Source: Podarcis muralis | Taxonomy: Eukaryota | Length of the DNA stretch: 64,000 bases | Assembly: GCF_964188315.1 (NCBI RefSeq) | Contig: NC_135662.1 | Location: 41,726,001 to 41,790,000, forward strand | Reading direction: 5' to 3' | Part shown: positions 1 to 13,092 of the stretch, one piece after another | Layout: the number at the start of each line of letters is the position of its first letter | Position numbering within the stretch: the first letter of the stretch is position 1 | Notes under the pieces: generated by a model | What the model was told of the DNA's origin: nothing | Database searches by the model: none | The model's input: only the letters and a program-made list of their open reading frames with translations | Program-made: the position numbers and the translations under genes

Positions 1-643
1 TTTCTTTTTTTCATTTGCAAGCATATCTTCAAACTACCTGCAATGGCATTTTCCCTTTGCTTCCCAACTTGAACTCAGCATAAGATTCTTATTGAAAATG
101 GGATTTGCCAACTGCAAGTTTTGTTTTCACCTGTGACCAGCTGCAGATGAGAGCTCCTGACTGAGAACTCCCAAGTACAATGGAACCCAGCTGGGCTTGC
201 CATCAATGTTGATCACTTTTGACAGTGGTTAGCTGCACTTTGGAGCTCCCAATTGGGAGCTTGCATTTGACACCAGATTTAAAGGGTGTTGAATGGAAAA
301 TGTGCTCCTGCCAAGGAACAATCAGGAGCTGTCTCCTTACCTGCCCCACAAATGACATCATATGACATGACGTGTGGTGCAGGATGGTGTGGCTTGAAGA
401 AATGGCTTCATGGGACAAATTAGGAACTCTGCTGGTTCTAATTTGGCCTTGAGCTGGAGGCTCCCCATTCCTGATTTAATCAGCTAAGGAGATTTGACTA
501 ACTGAGGTGATTACTGTACTGTGCAAGAAACTAGTTTGTCATATTGATAGAACATTCTCTTGTGCACAGATTAACCAAGCCAAACTAGAAGCACATGACC
601 AAAATAATTAAAAGCAGATTAGTTACTTTTTATCATCCTCACA

Positions 644-975
644 ATGGACTGCAAGAAGATCAAACCTATCCATTCTTAAGGAAATCAGCCCTGAGTGCTC
701 ACTGGAAGGACAGATCGTGAAGCTGAGGCTCCAATACTTTGGCCACCTCATGAGAAGAGAAGACTCCCTGGAAAAGACCCTGATGTTGGGAAAGATTGAG
801 GGCACAAGGAGAAGGGGACGACAGAGGACGAGATGGTTGGACAGTGTTCTCGAAGCTACCAGCATGAGTTTGACCAAACTGCGGGAGGCAGTGGAAGACA
901 GGAGTGCCTGGCATGCTCTGGTCCATGGGGTCACGAAGAGTTGGACACGACTAAACGACTAAACAACAACAACAA
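644..975 (+). mobile_element. BovB (RTE) LINE, 5'-truncated 3' end
   Basis: Encodes ...KLRLQYFGHLMRREDSLEKTLMLGKIEG...HGVTKSWTRLND* and ends in an (AAC)n tail. Confidence 0.95.
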
Positions 976-1084
976 AATGTAATGAGAGTTTATTTTCCAC
1001 TTTGCATTGCACTCTTATGGGCGAAGGAGGGATTCTAATTCTTTTTTAGCAAATGTGAATATGAAACCACAAAGGCCGTGTACA

Positions 1085-1207
1085 CTAGTTTCTACCAAAG
1101 AATCCCAAGAACTGCAGTTTGTAAGGGTGCTGGGAATTGTAGCTCTGTGAGCTACACTTCCCAGGATTCTTTGGGAGCAGTCAGATGATTTAAATGTATG
1201 GTGTGTT
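1085..1207. repeat. Palindromic squamate MITE-like repeat (relic)
   Basis: aaagaatcccaagaactgcagt ... acacttcccaggattcttt inverted arms; related sequence at 3823-3850. Confidence 0.5.
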
Positions 1208-1684
1208 TGCCACCAAACTGTGATCTTGTGTGTGCCGTACAGAAAGCCTATCACAAACTGTATCACTGTGTCAAACTGTATGTAAAAGTTTTTTCTTCAT
1301 CTTGAGATCTACCTAATATTGTTAGACTTATTTAAATAGAGAGTATATCAGCACTGTTTAATTTTGTTTCATAAGCAACTTTATGGACAAATTCTGTTCT
1401 AATCTTTCATGATGATAGTACATCAATGATTGCAATAATTTGTGGAACAAATGTTAAACCATTAATAAAGTTGTGCATACCATCTCAATTATGTGAACAT
1501 AAATTAGCTGGATATGCAAAAGGCGCAAAGCAAAAACCTTAACAGGTGTTTCAGACATTGGTTTTTATATTTTAGCCTTCCATTTGAGAAAAGATAAAAA
1601 CCAGAGAACAGATTACACCTTGAATATGTAGTAGTTAAGAGCTCTGAAGTGTAAATAGATACAAAGTTGTTCTAGTAGTGCTCT

Positions 1685-1688
1685 GTGT

Positions 1689-1722
<34 letters not shown>
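1685..1722. repeat. (TG)n microsatellite
   Basis: Direct reading. Confidence 0.95.
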
Positions 1723-1725
<3 letters not shown>

Positions 1726-3573
1726 TTTAAATTCTTACCTGGAAGACCACTGGGTGTCAGCCACGTCCATTGCTACTGAGTGGTTTGCTCAAGCAAAATG
1801 GCTTGTCAGTGAAATAAAGGACATAATTTTGATGAGTCAGAAACTCTGTCAGCAAGGTTGCTTCCTGAGTTGTTCTTCAGAATTGAAAATGCTTACAAAC
1901 ATTAAGCGATTCAATGAGAGTAATGTTTTAGGTGTGTTCTAATTACTACAATGTTTTATACCACTTTTTAAAATGAAAACTACAAGGATAGCAATCCTTC
2001 GAACTCTAACAAGCCTTGGTATTCTGGAAGCTTATGTGGACAAATGATCCTACAAAGTGGGGTTTTTTTTGGGGGGGGGGGTTGTAGAAAAGGAAGTTAA
2101 TTATTTGTCACAGTATTCATTAAAATTAGAAAACAGTTTTCTAGAAAATGTATTTTTGAATGTGTAGTGAATTGCTCTTCTAAGATTATAACATTTATTA
2201 ATCACAGCAATAATTACAATCCTAAAGTCAAATAATTTTTATTCTGTAACTCTTTAGCTGGAGTTTGGAAAGCTGCTTCTCTCCCATAAGCAGTTTGTTC
2301 CAGAACCCCTATGGAATTTTTTTTTAAAGAAAAATTGTTCCACTACAGCTAACTGGCCTTATGCACACATAACGCAAAGCCACTAACCCAAACTGGTGCT
2401 GACTTCCATTTCTGCACCAGTTTAAAACGGGTCTATTTACTCAAGCATTTGCGAATAAAGTAGATACTATTCTGTTGGTTTAACATTCGCTGCTTTTAAC
2501 TATTTCTTGCTGTTACTATAGATTGTTATAGGTGCTAAAGGTGTACCTCACTCTGAAATGATTGTGATGAATGGTGGGTTATACATATTTAAAATAAATA
2601 ACCATAGTTAGTTAAATTAGGTTCTGCATAAGATGTCTGCTAGTGCATGCAGTTGAAGTACTCCCACTCTGCTCCTTCTTACACTAAGTGTAGAGGAAAA
2701 ACACTGAGTGGTTATCTTAGTGTTACATCTGAAGCAACATTTATGGCTTATTTCTCCAAACAAACCACAAACAGAAACCCAAGAACAAATTTTGACTTCA
2801 GATAGTGGTTTTCAGAGAAGTCAACCACAGATGCTGGTCTGGACGAAATGCCAAGGTTGTTGTTCTGTGGTTTGCTTCCTTGCTTGAGGAAAGGAGAAGC
2901 AACTGTGGTAATGTCCAATAAAAGCTGACACACCCACGTAAAACTGCACAAGCGGTACCCTCCCTGCCTGCCATTCGCAGCTTTTTGGAGCCCTCATTAT
3001 AAACTATCACAGAACCAACAGAGCTCCCATAAACCAACATTCTGTTCAGGTTTCTGTGATGGTGGAGTTACTAAGTAAATAGATCATTAATGGAGAGCAG
3101 CCGTCCCTGAAGAACAGTTTGCCCCCACTACCATTCTGCCCCATGCAATGTGCAGCTGCAGTGAATTTAGAGTACCATTCCAAATTTCCATAGGACAAGA
3201 TTCCGTGGTCTTGCACATCACTTTCCTTTTGCATGGATGACTATTGCACCCTGGAGCAGTTCATGGTTTAAAAGTATATAACACACACATGTCCATATGT
3301 TCTACATGAGTGTGAAATGTACGTACAGCTCTTCCACATGTGCAAGAACCCTGACTTTCTCACAGTTCCTGATCACATGGAAGATTTCAAACTAATGCTG
3401 AACACACAGATAAAAGGGGGCATGGCCAGCAGGTGTACTGACAATCAATGGCAGTGACAGCTTGTACAGACTTGTTCCTTTCTGTGTTGTGTGAATGTGG
3501 AGTAGAGGACGTGATACTTTTGCTTCAAATATATGTCATTTCATGGTTGTTAGGTAGGTGTCTTAACAATTCT

Positions 3574-3746
3574 CCATCTATCCCAGTATCACCAACTCTG
3601 ACTGACAACAGCTACCCAGCCTCCCAAGAACTCCATCCTTCTCACTACCTACTACCCAATTGTTTTAACTGCATGTGTCAGTGTCTGACCCTGGCACCTT
3701 CTCCATGCAAAATAGGTGCTCTACTACTGAGCTATGTTCCCTTCCC
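3574..3746 (-). mobile_element. Old tRNA-derived SINE (Squam3-like)
   Basis: Minus strand gggaagggaacatagctcagtagtagagcacc...catggagaaggtgccagggtc head, with a gtcagtcagag...gatactgggatagatgg body. Confidence 0.65.
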
Positions 3747-4702
3747 AATGCAGTGCATTTTCTCCCTTTTAGTATTTCATTACACAGAAAGCAGTATCAT
3801 AGCACTTTAAGCAGTCATTACTTCACCCAAAGAATCCTGGGAACTGCAGTTTGTCAAAGGCGTCGAAAGTTGTTTGGAGACCCCTTTCCCCCTCACAGAG
3901 TGGTTTAACAATCAATCCCTCTCCCCAGGGAACTCTGTGATAGAGTTTTGTCATACAGCACCAGTGAAGACATAGCCATTATCCAAAAGCTGGTACTACC
4001 AACATTCTGCACAGCTCTCCAGACTACAGTGACCCTACTAACAGAGGAAAGGATGCAACAAACTGAGATTGGAATGCAGGGACCATGCAATATTTCCCAA
4101 GTAGAATTTGTTCCTTGAGAAAAGATACCTCCATTGCACTCAACAAATTAGCACAACTACACATTTGTTGCCAAATAAGCTGATAAGGAGCAAATTCTGT
4201 GGGCTTTTCTAGGTTATTTTCCCTTATATATTGCCATGAATTTAAGAGTGCAACCTTATGAATATTTTTTTGGCCCCACTACATTCACTGGAGCTTACTC
4301 CCTAGTGCAACCTAAGTTTCTTGGAAGGCTTTCCTGATGCACCTTTGAAAGCCTCTTTTTTCCGTGAATTTCTAAAACAGAGCTAAAGATAGTGGCAACT
4401 TTCAGATAAAGGTTTTCTAACTTTTGGGTAACTGTATGCTTCAGTCTTCATTTCTTTTGTTCTCAAAGCATTGTGAGAACCTCATTTCCCTAGCTCGTTT
4501 GCAATGAAAATGTTGACCTTTTACTCTTTATATATAAATACCATCTCCCCAACATTCTTAATAGTTAACTTATTTTCTAATACTGTGATTACTATATAAA
4601 TGTTAATTGCTTGTGCTAGATGTCACCATTATAATGTAAACCATCAGGACTTCAGTGAAAGTGAGATTGCTATAAAAAAAGGTTGTGTCCTATATTATTC
4701 TT

Positions 4703-4947
4703 TCCTGCCAACCTAGCAGTTTGAAAGCACGTCAAAGTGCAAGTAGATAAATAGGTACCACTCCGGCGGGAAGGTAAACGGTGTTTCCGTGAGCTGCTCT
4801 GGTTCGCCAGAAGCAGCTTAGTCATGCTGGCCACATGACCCGGAAGCTGTATGCCAGCTCCCTTGGCCAATAAACTGAGATGAGTGCCTCAACCCCAGAG
4901 TCTGTCACGACTGGACCTAATGGTCAGGGGTACCTTTACCTTTACCT
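4703..4947 (+). mobile_element. Sauria SINE, 5'-truncated, with 12-bp TSD
   Basis: Body matches the full copies at 26618 and 57679; (ACCTTT)n tail; TSD TATATTATTCTT at 4691-4702 and 4948-4959. Confidence 0.92.
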
Positions 4948-6377
4948 TATATTATTCTTGCAGAGAGAGAATCAACTTTCCCTGATATTTTTGCATTCTT
5001 TTTATTGCCATATTTAAGAGTCAAGTAGATGAGATCCATGATAAGACATCCAATCTTTTACATTTTTGTAAGAAGCATATATACAGTTGAGATTCAAATG
5101 GTAATTGCAGTACTGGATGCAGTGGTGGATTAACTCTTTTCCTCTAGGCCATTTCCCCCTCAAAGCTATTTGTCCCATTGCAATTTACATGTGTAAAATG
5201 GCAAGGAGAGAAAGACTAAACCCTTTTACCCTGGTGTCTGAGTCTCAGTATGAATTGCCACCCTCTGGCATGGCTTACCAAAGAAACAAAACAAAAAAGT
5301 AAAGAAATTGAGGGGGGGGTAACCTCTGTCTGGGCTGCACTACTATGGACTGTAATTTGCAGCTCATACAGATAAAACAAACTAAACAAAATGACAAGGA
5401 GAAAAAATTGTTACCTCACCTTCCTTCCTGACATGCTACTTTTCTGTGTGAATGTAAGTTCACCACCAAATATCTATCTTCCTCAAATATTACTCCTTCC
5501 AGAGAAGGGAGGTGAATCAAAGATAGAATTTTCTGTCTAAGCTTCTTAAGACTGCTGTACTGAAGAACTCACTTATCCATGTCAATTGTGTATTAGGAAA
5601 AAGAAAAAGAAGTTATTTAATTATATTAATTGTTTGCCTCCTTTTAGCCTCTCTACATGAAATCCAGGTCAGCATTTAGAGGGTCGTTTTCTGTTGGTAG
5701 GGATAGTAGAAGTGTAGTTTTGCAGAAAAAGCACACAGACAGTACAGACTCACAGAAATCTCAATCTAGTCTCCCAAATTCCTTTTCAGCCTATATTTAG
5801 TCATGTAAACAAACCTTAGTACATTCCCATTAGCTAAATTTGATTAATTTGGAAATCCCATGTACTGAGAGAACTAATACAAGAATATTGTTATATAATA
5901 CTGAAATGCATATATTCTTATAAGAATATAAGGAGTGGCATGCCATCCTTTGGGAAAGCAGCTGACAAACTACAGTGTCATTTCTGAGGATGTACACATG
6001 CTTCTTTGTAGTCACCGCAGGTGGTGGCATTCTGCCACATGTATTTGGGGAAAGAGATACATTCCTGCAGCCCTTTTCTACATTGTTGCAGATGCAATTA
6101 ATCCCTTTACTGCACTATATTGTATGCGTCTAGTGGCCCTGGGTAGGCATGTGCATTCCTGGGTGGGAATGTATCAGACACATCCATTAATATCAGTGAA
6201 CACCAGATGCGTATCGTGATGCACATCTATAATGGCTGCACACACAAATCTCCCTTGCTGAATCAGGCCATTCATGTGCAGCTTAGCCAATTGCTTCACT
6301 GCATTTTTTTAATTCAGAAAAGGAACATATAAGAACTGTTTTCCTTTCACTCATTGTACAGTAATTTCTTTGCACAT

Positions 6378-6409
6378 TATTATTATTATTACTATTATTA
6401 TTATTATTA
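6378..6409. repeat. (TTA)n microsatellite
   Basis: Direct reading. Confidence 0.9.
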
Positions 6410-6556
6410 GTCCTTAGGCATACAAAGCATATGCAGTATTCTGTACAGTGCAACAGAATACAACTCTAGTAAAAATGAATCTTATTGAGAAGTTTTGGAA
6501 TGAAATCATAGCTTTATAAATGGTTTGTAATGTTAATAAAAAATGTCTCCCTTTAG

Positions 6557-6706
6557 AAATCTCTGGAGTTTTCAGAGGATGAAAATCTGCGTTTAGCGCA
6601 AGAATATCAGATGCTTCAGTTATGCTATCTAAATGACAAAAATGAACTTGCAGACTTCTATGATCATAAAGTTAGAGCTGAATCAAGATTAAGAGACCAG
6701 CAGCAG
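6557..6706 (+). CDS. CCDC178: CCDC178 internal coding exon (third from last), 150 nt, phase 0/0
   Basis: Acceptor tctccctttag| and donor CAG|gtatga. Open frame KSLEFSEDENLRLAQEYQMLQLCYLNDKNELADFYDHKVRAESRLRDQQQ resembles the human CCDC178 C-terminal coiled coil as I recall it (ENKKLAQEYLRLQ...YDKQLSLDTSIRDKKQ). It joins in frame to the next two exons. Confidence 0.88.
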
Positions 6707-7314
6707 GTATGATAATAATGGGTTCGGTTTCTTAATTGCTTATTTTCTATTTGCTAATTAGTACTGTTTAATAATGTTTTCAAATAAGTTGTTAAGTTCC
6801 TGGAACATCCTATGTGATGTCTTCCATGTCTTCCTTCTTTATATTTTCCATCCTGTACATTTTTACTTCTTTACTTTAACAAAAGTATTTTTCTATCGAG
6901 GATCTTCAAAAGCTTATCATTCATTCCGTTTGTTGTTTGCATGCCTTTTTGCGTAGATCATGCTCTGCTTTAATGTTTCTATACAAGTTGCCTTTTGTTT
7001 AATGCAAGGCAAATGACCTGCTCTAACAGAGAGCCATACAAAAAGCGAAAACTAGTAAGTGCAGAAAATTCTTCTACATTCATATCCCTTCCTGGATGAA
7101 GATTCATGCATGCAAATGCGTGGATTCCCTAGCCTGGTGCAGCAGCTAAGGCTTTGTGCATTTCTCAGATAATCAGCAATAGTGAGTCACTAGTGCTTTC
7201 TGCACCATAGGAAAAAGTGGGTTGGAAGCAGGGTTTCAGGTAGAAAGGTAGTAAGAGACAAAAAAGAGGGCAAAAGAAAGCTTAAACTACCTGCTCCCAT
7301 TCATTGCTCCTCTA

Positions 7315-7546
7315 CAGTGGTACCTCGGGTTACAGATGCCTCAGGTTACAGACTTCGCTAACCCAGAAATAGTACCTCGGGTTAAGAACTTTGCTTCAGG
7401 ATGAGAACAGAAATCGTGCAGCAGCGGCGTAGCAGCAGCAGCAGCGGGAGACCCCATTAGCTAAAGTAGTACTTCAGGTTAAGCACAGTTTCAGGTTAAG
7501 AATGGACCTCCAGAACGAATTAAGTTCTTAACCTGAGGTACCACTG
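7315..7546. mobile_element. Tc1/mariner (Tigger-like) MITE, 232 bp
   Basis: TIRs CAGTGGTACCTC(G/A)GGTTA...TAACCTGAGGTACCACTG flanked by TA duplications (7313-7314, 7547-7548); internal CAG-rich linker. Confidence 0.92.
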
Positions 7547-7597
7547 TACTACTGGGGGGGGGGGACACCCTTCCCCCACTGTTTCACAGCTGTTCAA

Positions 7598-7705
7598 TGT
7601 TGGATGGCCATCTGTCATGGATGCTTTAGCTGAGATTCCTGCATTGGAGGGGGTTGGACTAGATGACCATTGGGTCCCTTCAAACTCTAAGATTCTATGA
7701 TTCTG
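7598..7705 (+). mobile_element. CR1 LINE 3' end
   Basis: gggggttggactagatgacc...gtcccttcaaactctaagattctatgattct, a CR1-type 3' end with ATTCTATG tail. Confidence 0.85.
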
Positions 7706-10523
7706 TGACCCAGCTTCATAGCCTCAGATATATTGTCAAACAATATGGTTCAGTCCACAGTCAGGTGAAGTATGGTAATCAGGACGAGTGCTGATTTGTG
7801 ATGAAATGGTCCTCTGATTACTGTGCTATACACTGAAATCATACTCAGTTCAACACCACAAGAATTTCAAATACCGGGTGAGGAACCCATCAAGCACTGC
7901 TTTGCTGAGGATTCATAATATCCCACTCACCTAATAGCCTACATCTCATTACACTGAAATGTTTGTATAACTCTGTATTAAGTAGATCAACGAGGGAAGT
8001 TCTTTCTGGAAAAGAATGATCGCAACTTTCTCCTGTTAAAAAGTGAAATTATTATGCAAGGTAATTTGCTTGGAATTATTTCCCCCCCTGAAAATTCCCA
8101 TTATAAACTTGACTTGTTGGCCATCATTGCAGCATTCCAAGAGGCCACATGATGGGCTACACATGCAGTGGAACTTCTGACTTTCATTTCGTAACAGCAA
8201 CCCATACATTTATTAGAACTTGAGCTTGTGTGCTTGCGGTGTCTCAAAAGCCATCTGTGATGCTGCTTGAGATGCTGTTGGAAAATGAAAGGTCAGAAGC
8301 TTCACTGTACACATGCAGACACTTGCTTTTTGCAGGATGAGCCCTCTGGCTCAAGCACCATATAAAGACTTGCTTTGATTTGTTAGGACTGGTGTTCATA
8401 ATGGGTCCAAGATGCCAGAGGGCTGTCACAGCCTTTAATAAGATCAAATTGCATGTGACTATCACCACTGCATAACTGTGAAAAATCAATGAAAATTGAT
8501 CAGGAAAGAAACTAAAGATGTAACAGGCCAGAGGTATAAAACAATTTAAAAATCTAAAGTGGGAGGTTGTTTAAAATTATCCTTTCTGTGTGCAACTGTA
8601 TAGGATAATTGGAAGAGGCTGGTGTATGTATCACAAGGTGCGTAGTCTTTAACTCTATATGAATGTGCTTTATCTTGACTGGTTTTGGAAAAAATATGAA
8701 GAACTGCACTACTAAAAATCTTAAGGAAATTTGTACTGTCTTTGTGTGCACTCTTCTTATGCACCAGAAGGTACATCAACCAGGAAAGCATGGCTATTTA
8801 AGGATCCAAATTGGATAATTACAAAGGTAGCTGAAAAATTCTTTTGATAATGTAATTATACACACAAAATCAGCACATAAATAATATTTGTACTAATTAC
8901 AGTAGAACAAGAAATGAAACTGGTTATATACTGCTCCTATTAAAAGGTGTATTTTTCTTCAGATTTTTGCTAATAAGTGACTTACAACTGCAACAGAAAA
9001 TCAATTTTGTGGGAGTATCACTGTAATGATTTTTGTAGTTGCTTACTGCACATATACATCACAGTGACATGAATGTTCAGGGAGAAAATCACTCTATGTT
9101 CACCCTTTCCCAGATGCACAGAGTTGTCTTCCTTAAAAAATACATGATCAAAATTAGGTTTCAATTTCATTTTGTATGACTCAAGATTTGAATGCTGACA
9201 TACTCATTTTAGATGGATGGGAGCTCATCTCTACTGTGAAACTCTTTTGTGACTTTATTAGCATTGTTGAAGCTACATCAGGAATGCTTCTCTTTGTCAC
9301 CTCTCCCTCCATTTTATTGTGTATGATTCAGCTTTCTATTGTGCATGGTCCACGCCTCCTACCATCATATACCAGTACAGAGAAAGAGGATCAGGTATAG
9401 TGTATAAAGCAGCCATTGTAGAAAAACAAGTAGATGAAAGGATATGAGCTAGGGGGTGCAGTTGGAGGAGGGAAGACAAAGATCAGGCTATGAACAAAGA
9501 GAAAGGCAGCTGGAATGGTGAGACAAGAAATAGTGAAGAAAATATTCCAATTCTAGTCTTGGTTGTAATGATTACAGGGATACTAATATTGTATGGCACA
9601 CATTTCATATGAATTTTCTTTTGCTCAAAGACTTCTCTTCAGCCTTTTCAGAGTGGTGGCCATAGTATTGCAGCAGAACATATGTAGGGTCAATTTATGC
9701 TGAATAGTTATTAGAAACCATGATAACAAAAGTCATTACACTGCAGTTCAGTTTTGATAGTAAAATTTCTGCAACATTATCACAAATCTTCATGCATTAG
9801 TGCAATGATCCTTACTGTAGTTTCATATTAGAATCAAAAGACTGCACTGGCATGCTTGATACAAAAAGTATTGCAGATCGAGAGAACATCTCAAGCTTTT
9901 GCATATAACAAAATTTAGTTTCACTTAAAAATCCTTATTCAAAGCTCTCTTATTAAATCTTTCCCATTTTCCATCTACCTTTCTCTTCCTCTGCTTGTTA
10001 ACTGAACTGTATTTATATAATAATCTAGCCAAGAAACCCACAGTTACCTCTAACAGCACTACGCAATGTATTCATTGCAGTATTAATCAGTGCTGAGTCT
10101 GTTTTCCATCGCTTTTTGTCCTTTTGTTTAGTGCTACTGTATACACTAAAAGTTTATTATACCCCAAAACACCCTTTATTCTCTTTCAATAAAGAGATGC
10201 TCTAGCAATTAACACCAGAATATAGTGAATTAAACAGAAGAAGTGCTCTAGACAATATAATATTGCTTATGTTATTCTGATCCACGCTTCCATTTGGCAC
10301 GGGTCCGAGAGGTTTTTCTGCCGTCCCTGTCCCCCCTGCTGCTTTCTCCAGGAAAACCCACTGCTAACTGCTGCATCAAACCAAATGTCAATAAGCTTTT
10401 CTGCAGATTGATATTTTCCCCATTCAATGTTTTCCCCAGGAAAACTGGCAGGACAAAAGTAAAAACCTATTGGACCCATGCTTAGAAGTCACAGACCAAA
10501 CTGAATAAACCACAGGACATGGA

Positions 10524-10653
10524 TAGAGGCGGAGCTAGCTGTCCACCCAGGGGTGGGGCGAGTGTCCCAGGGGGGCGGGGCGGCGATGTCACCCCCCTCA
10601 GGGATGACACCCGGGGTGGACCGCACCCTCCACAGCCCCTTCCTCCACGAGTG
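10524..10653. mobile_element. Degenerate GC-rich hAT-type MITE
   Basis: gaggcggagc... start and ...cttcctccacgagtg end resemble decayed CAGTGGCGGAG TIRs; TSD not clean. Confidence 0.45.
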
Positions 10654-10727
10654 AGTGTGGATGAGCCAAGAGAGATCCCTATGTCCCTACATCTGGTATG
10701 GGCAGAGAAATGAGGAGGCATGGTAAT

Positions 10728-10855
10728 TGTTGTTGTTTAGTCTTTTAGTCGTGTCTGACTCTTTGTGACCCCACGGACCAGAGCATGCCAGGCACTCCTG
10801 TCTTCCAGCGTCATAACTTTTATATGCCTGTTGTCTTTGTCCAGGGAGTTTTCTT
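10728..10855 (-). mobile_element. BovB-derived 5'-end/3'-end fusion element (Bov-A-like), 128 bp, 11-bp TSD
   Basis: TSD GGCATGGTAAT at 10717-10727 and 10856-10866; BovB 3' end with (AAC)n joined at TGGAAGA to a piece matching the BovB 5' segment also present at 17303-17332. Confidence 0.85.
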
Positions 10856-11740
10856 GGCATGGTAATACTGTCAGATTAAAATAGTTTAAACAGCAGCCTT
10901 CTTGAGTGCTGTTAAAAGGTTTAAAATAGGTATAACAAAATACTCCTGAATCTGAGTTTCCCTTGTTTCAACCCATCTTTAAAATTATGGTTGAAACTGA
11001 CTGGCTTGGAGGTTATCTATAGAAACAAATATTTTAATACTGTAGTATGTTGGCTGTTTTTGAAAAGAGATACCAGGTGGTGACTTTGCATTTTTGCTTA
11101 TTTACAGTATTTCCATTCCTTACAAACCACTTTTTAAACAGTAAAACATCCCAAGTGGTTTGTATGTATTTTATTGAAAATTTCTTAAACTGTGGCAATG
11201 ATCGAAGTAGGAAAGATAATTTACAATGCAATCTTATGCATCTCTTTGCAGAAATAAGTCCCATTTAGTTCAATAAGACTTACTCCCAGGTAAATATGCA
11301 TGTCTTTAGAGCCATTAGGAGAGTAGGGAAATTGCTAAGCATCATGACACGCACAACTCTGAAAAAAGTAATTATATATTAATCCGGAGAACACTTGGTC
11401 CCTTTCCCACTTATTTTCTACAAATATATTCCTTTGAACATTTGGCTTTTGTAAAAGACACTTTCTTGTGAGCATTTCAAGGGAGAAGTATTAATATAGA
11501 GTGGTCTTTGAAGTTTTGAAAAAAGGTAGGTAACACCCTTAATTTGTTGCACATGTAGAATGCAAAGAAGGGTTGAATAAACCAAAATTCACTTTCATTC
11601 CACTTTTTATACAGAAAAGAATTTATCTTAATACACTGACTCTTGCATGATTGCACAGATGAATCCAAACTTAATAATTGCATCCTGTGATCCTTGACTG
11701 TATTAGAAAAGAAACTCTGCTTGAGCCATCTCCCACTACT

Positions 11741-11754
11741 GTCACACACACACA

Positions 11755-11785
<31 letters not shown>

Positions 11786-11822
11786 GTATACATACATACA
11801 TACATACATACATACATACACA
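11741..11822. repeat. Compound (CA)n-(TACA)n microsatellite
   Basis: Direct reading. Confidence 0.95.
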
Positions 11823-12905
11823 TTAATCTAAAATTTATGGTCAACTACTGCTGCCATTTGAGATGGGTTACAACAATTTATGCAACAGCCTACTATTTCA
11901 CCATATTATAGTGTTCATTCTGTTTTCATACAACATTTTCTTTAAAGTCCTGTTCATGCCAGGTTATCACATGTGATCTTCTTTACTCTTCCCCTCAGTG
12001 AGGCTGCTGACATGAATCCAGTTATTTGCCTGTATTGCGCCAACAACATAGGCTTCTTCAAGCATTTAGAATCTGTAGCTATCGAGAATAACGGTTCCCC
12101 GCATTAAATGGGGGGCGCCCTTTGCGTGGTCGCACACAGCCCCCTGGACCCTATGCGGCACCATTAGCACAGGCTTGGCTTCGCCTTCACCCAGTGTTTG
12201 AAATGTTTGAAAACTTAAGTTTGAAAATGTGAGATTTATGAATTTGGAACTTTCAACTAAATTTCCATCGGCATACTCAGACTTGTAATATGTTATGGGA
12301 GGCCATACAAAAACATTTTAGGAGCCACAATCAAACCACAAGCCTTTCTTTGGCAACCCATGATTTAAATGAGGAAGTGATGAAGTGAAAAGTAAAACAC
12401 CATTAGGGGTATTTATCATATTTGCTGTACTTTAAAGACACTATTTTGACCTGTCAGAAGGATATAGGTAAAATTGTGGCATCTTTTCACAATCTGTGCT
12501 TGTTAGAAATTTTGGGATGTACTTTCTGTCAGGACACATATATCTCGGGAGTGTAGAACCATATGGATAGTTCTCAGATGAGATTGAGGACTGATATTTT
12601 AAAACTGTTGGAATATATAAAAATATGCTGTTCTAGTCAGCTTCTGATTAAAATATACACTTGACTGGAGAAGTTGCTCTGAAACGGATAGTCATATGGC
12701 TCTTACAACTGTAGAAAACCTTACATACAATTCTTACTTGATTGACAGGCAGAGTTTCATAGATGATGATGGCGACATGGTCTAAAGACTACATGATGAT
12801 AGTATGGTTTCCCAATGTGATTTTAGATATATTGCTTCCCAAATGATGGAGAAAGTGTGTGCTGGAGTAAATAGGTTGTGTTAAAAGCAGCTGTTAGATA
12901 TTATA

Positions 12906-13092
12906 GGGAAGGGCCGTAGTTCAGTAGCAGAGCTCATGCTTTGTATGCAGAAGTTCCCAGGGTCAGTTTCTGGCTGCATCTTCAGAGAGGGCCTATAAAC
13001 ACTCCTGTCTGTAACCCTGGAGAACCACTGCCAGTCAGCATAGATAAATAAGTGAGCTAGATGGGCCATGGTCTGATTTGGGATGTTTCTAT
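12906..13092 (+). mobile_element. tRNA-derived SINE (Squam3-like)
   Basis: gggaagggccgtagttcagtagcagagc...atgcagaagttcccaggg head; accctggagaaccactgccagtcag...gagctagatgggccatggtctga body. Confidence 0.75.

Noticed and set aside
2748-3234. Three short ORFs that might be an upstream CCDC178 exon or transposase relic
   Set aside because: No convincing splice sites with an open coiled-coil frame and no recognisable motif.
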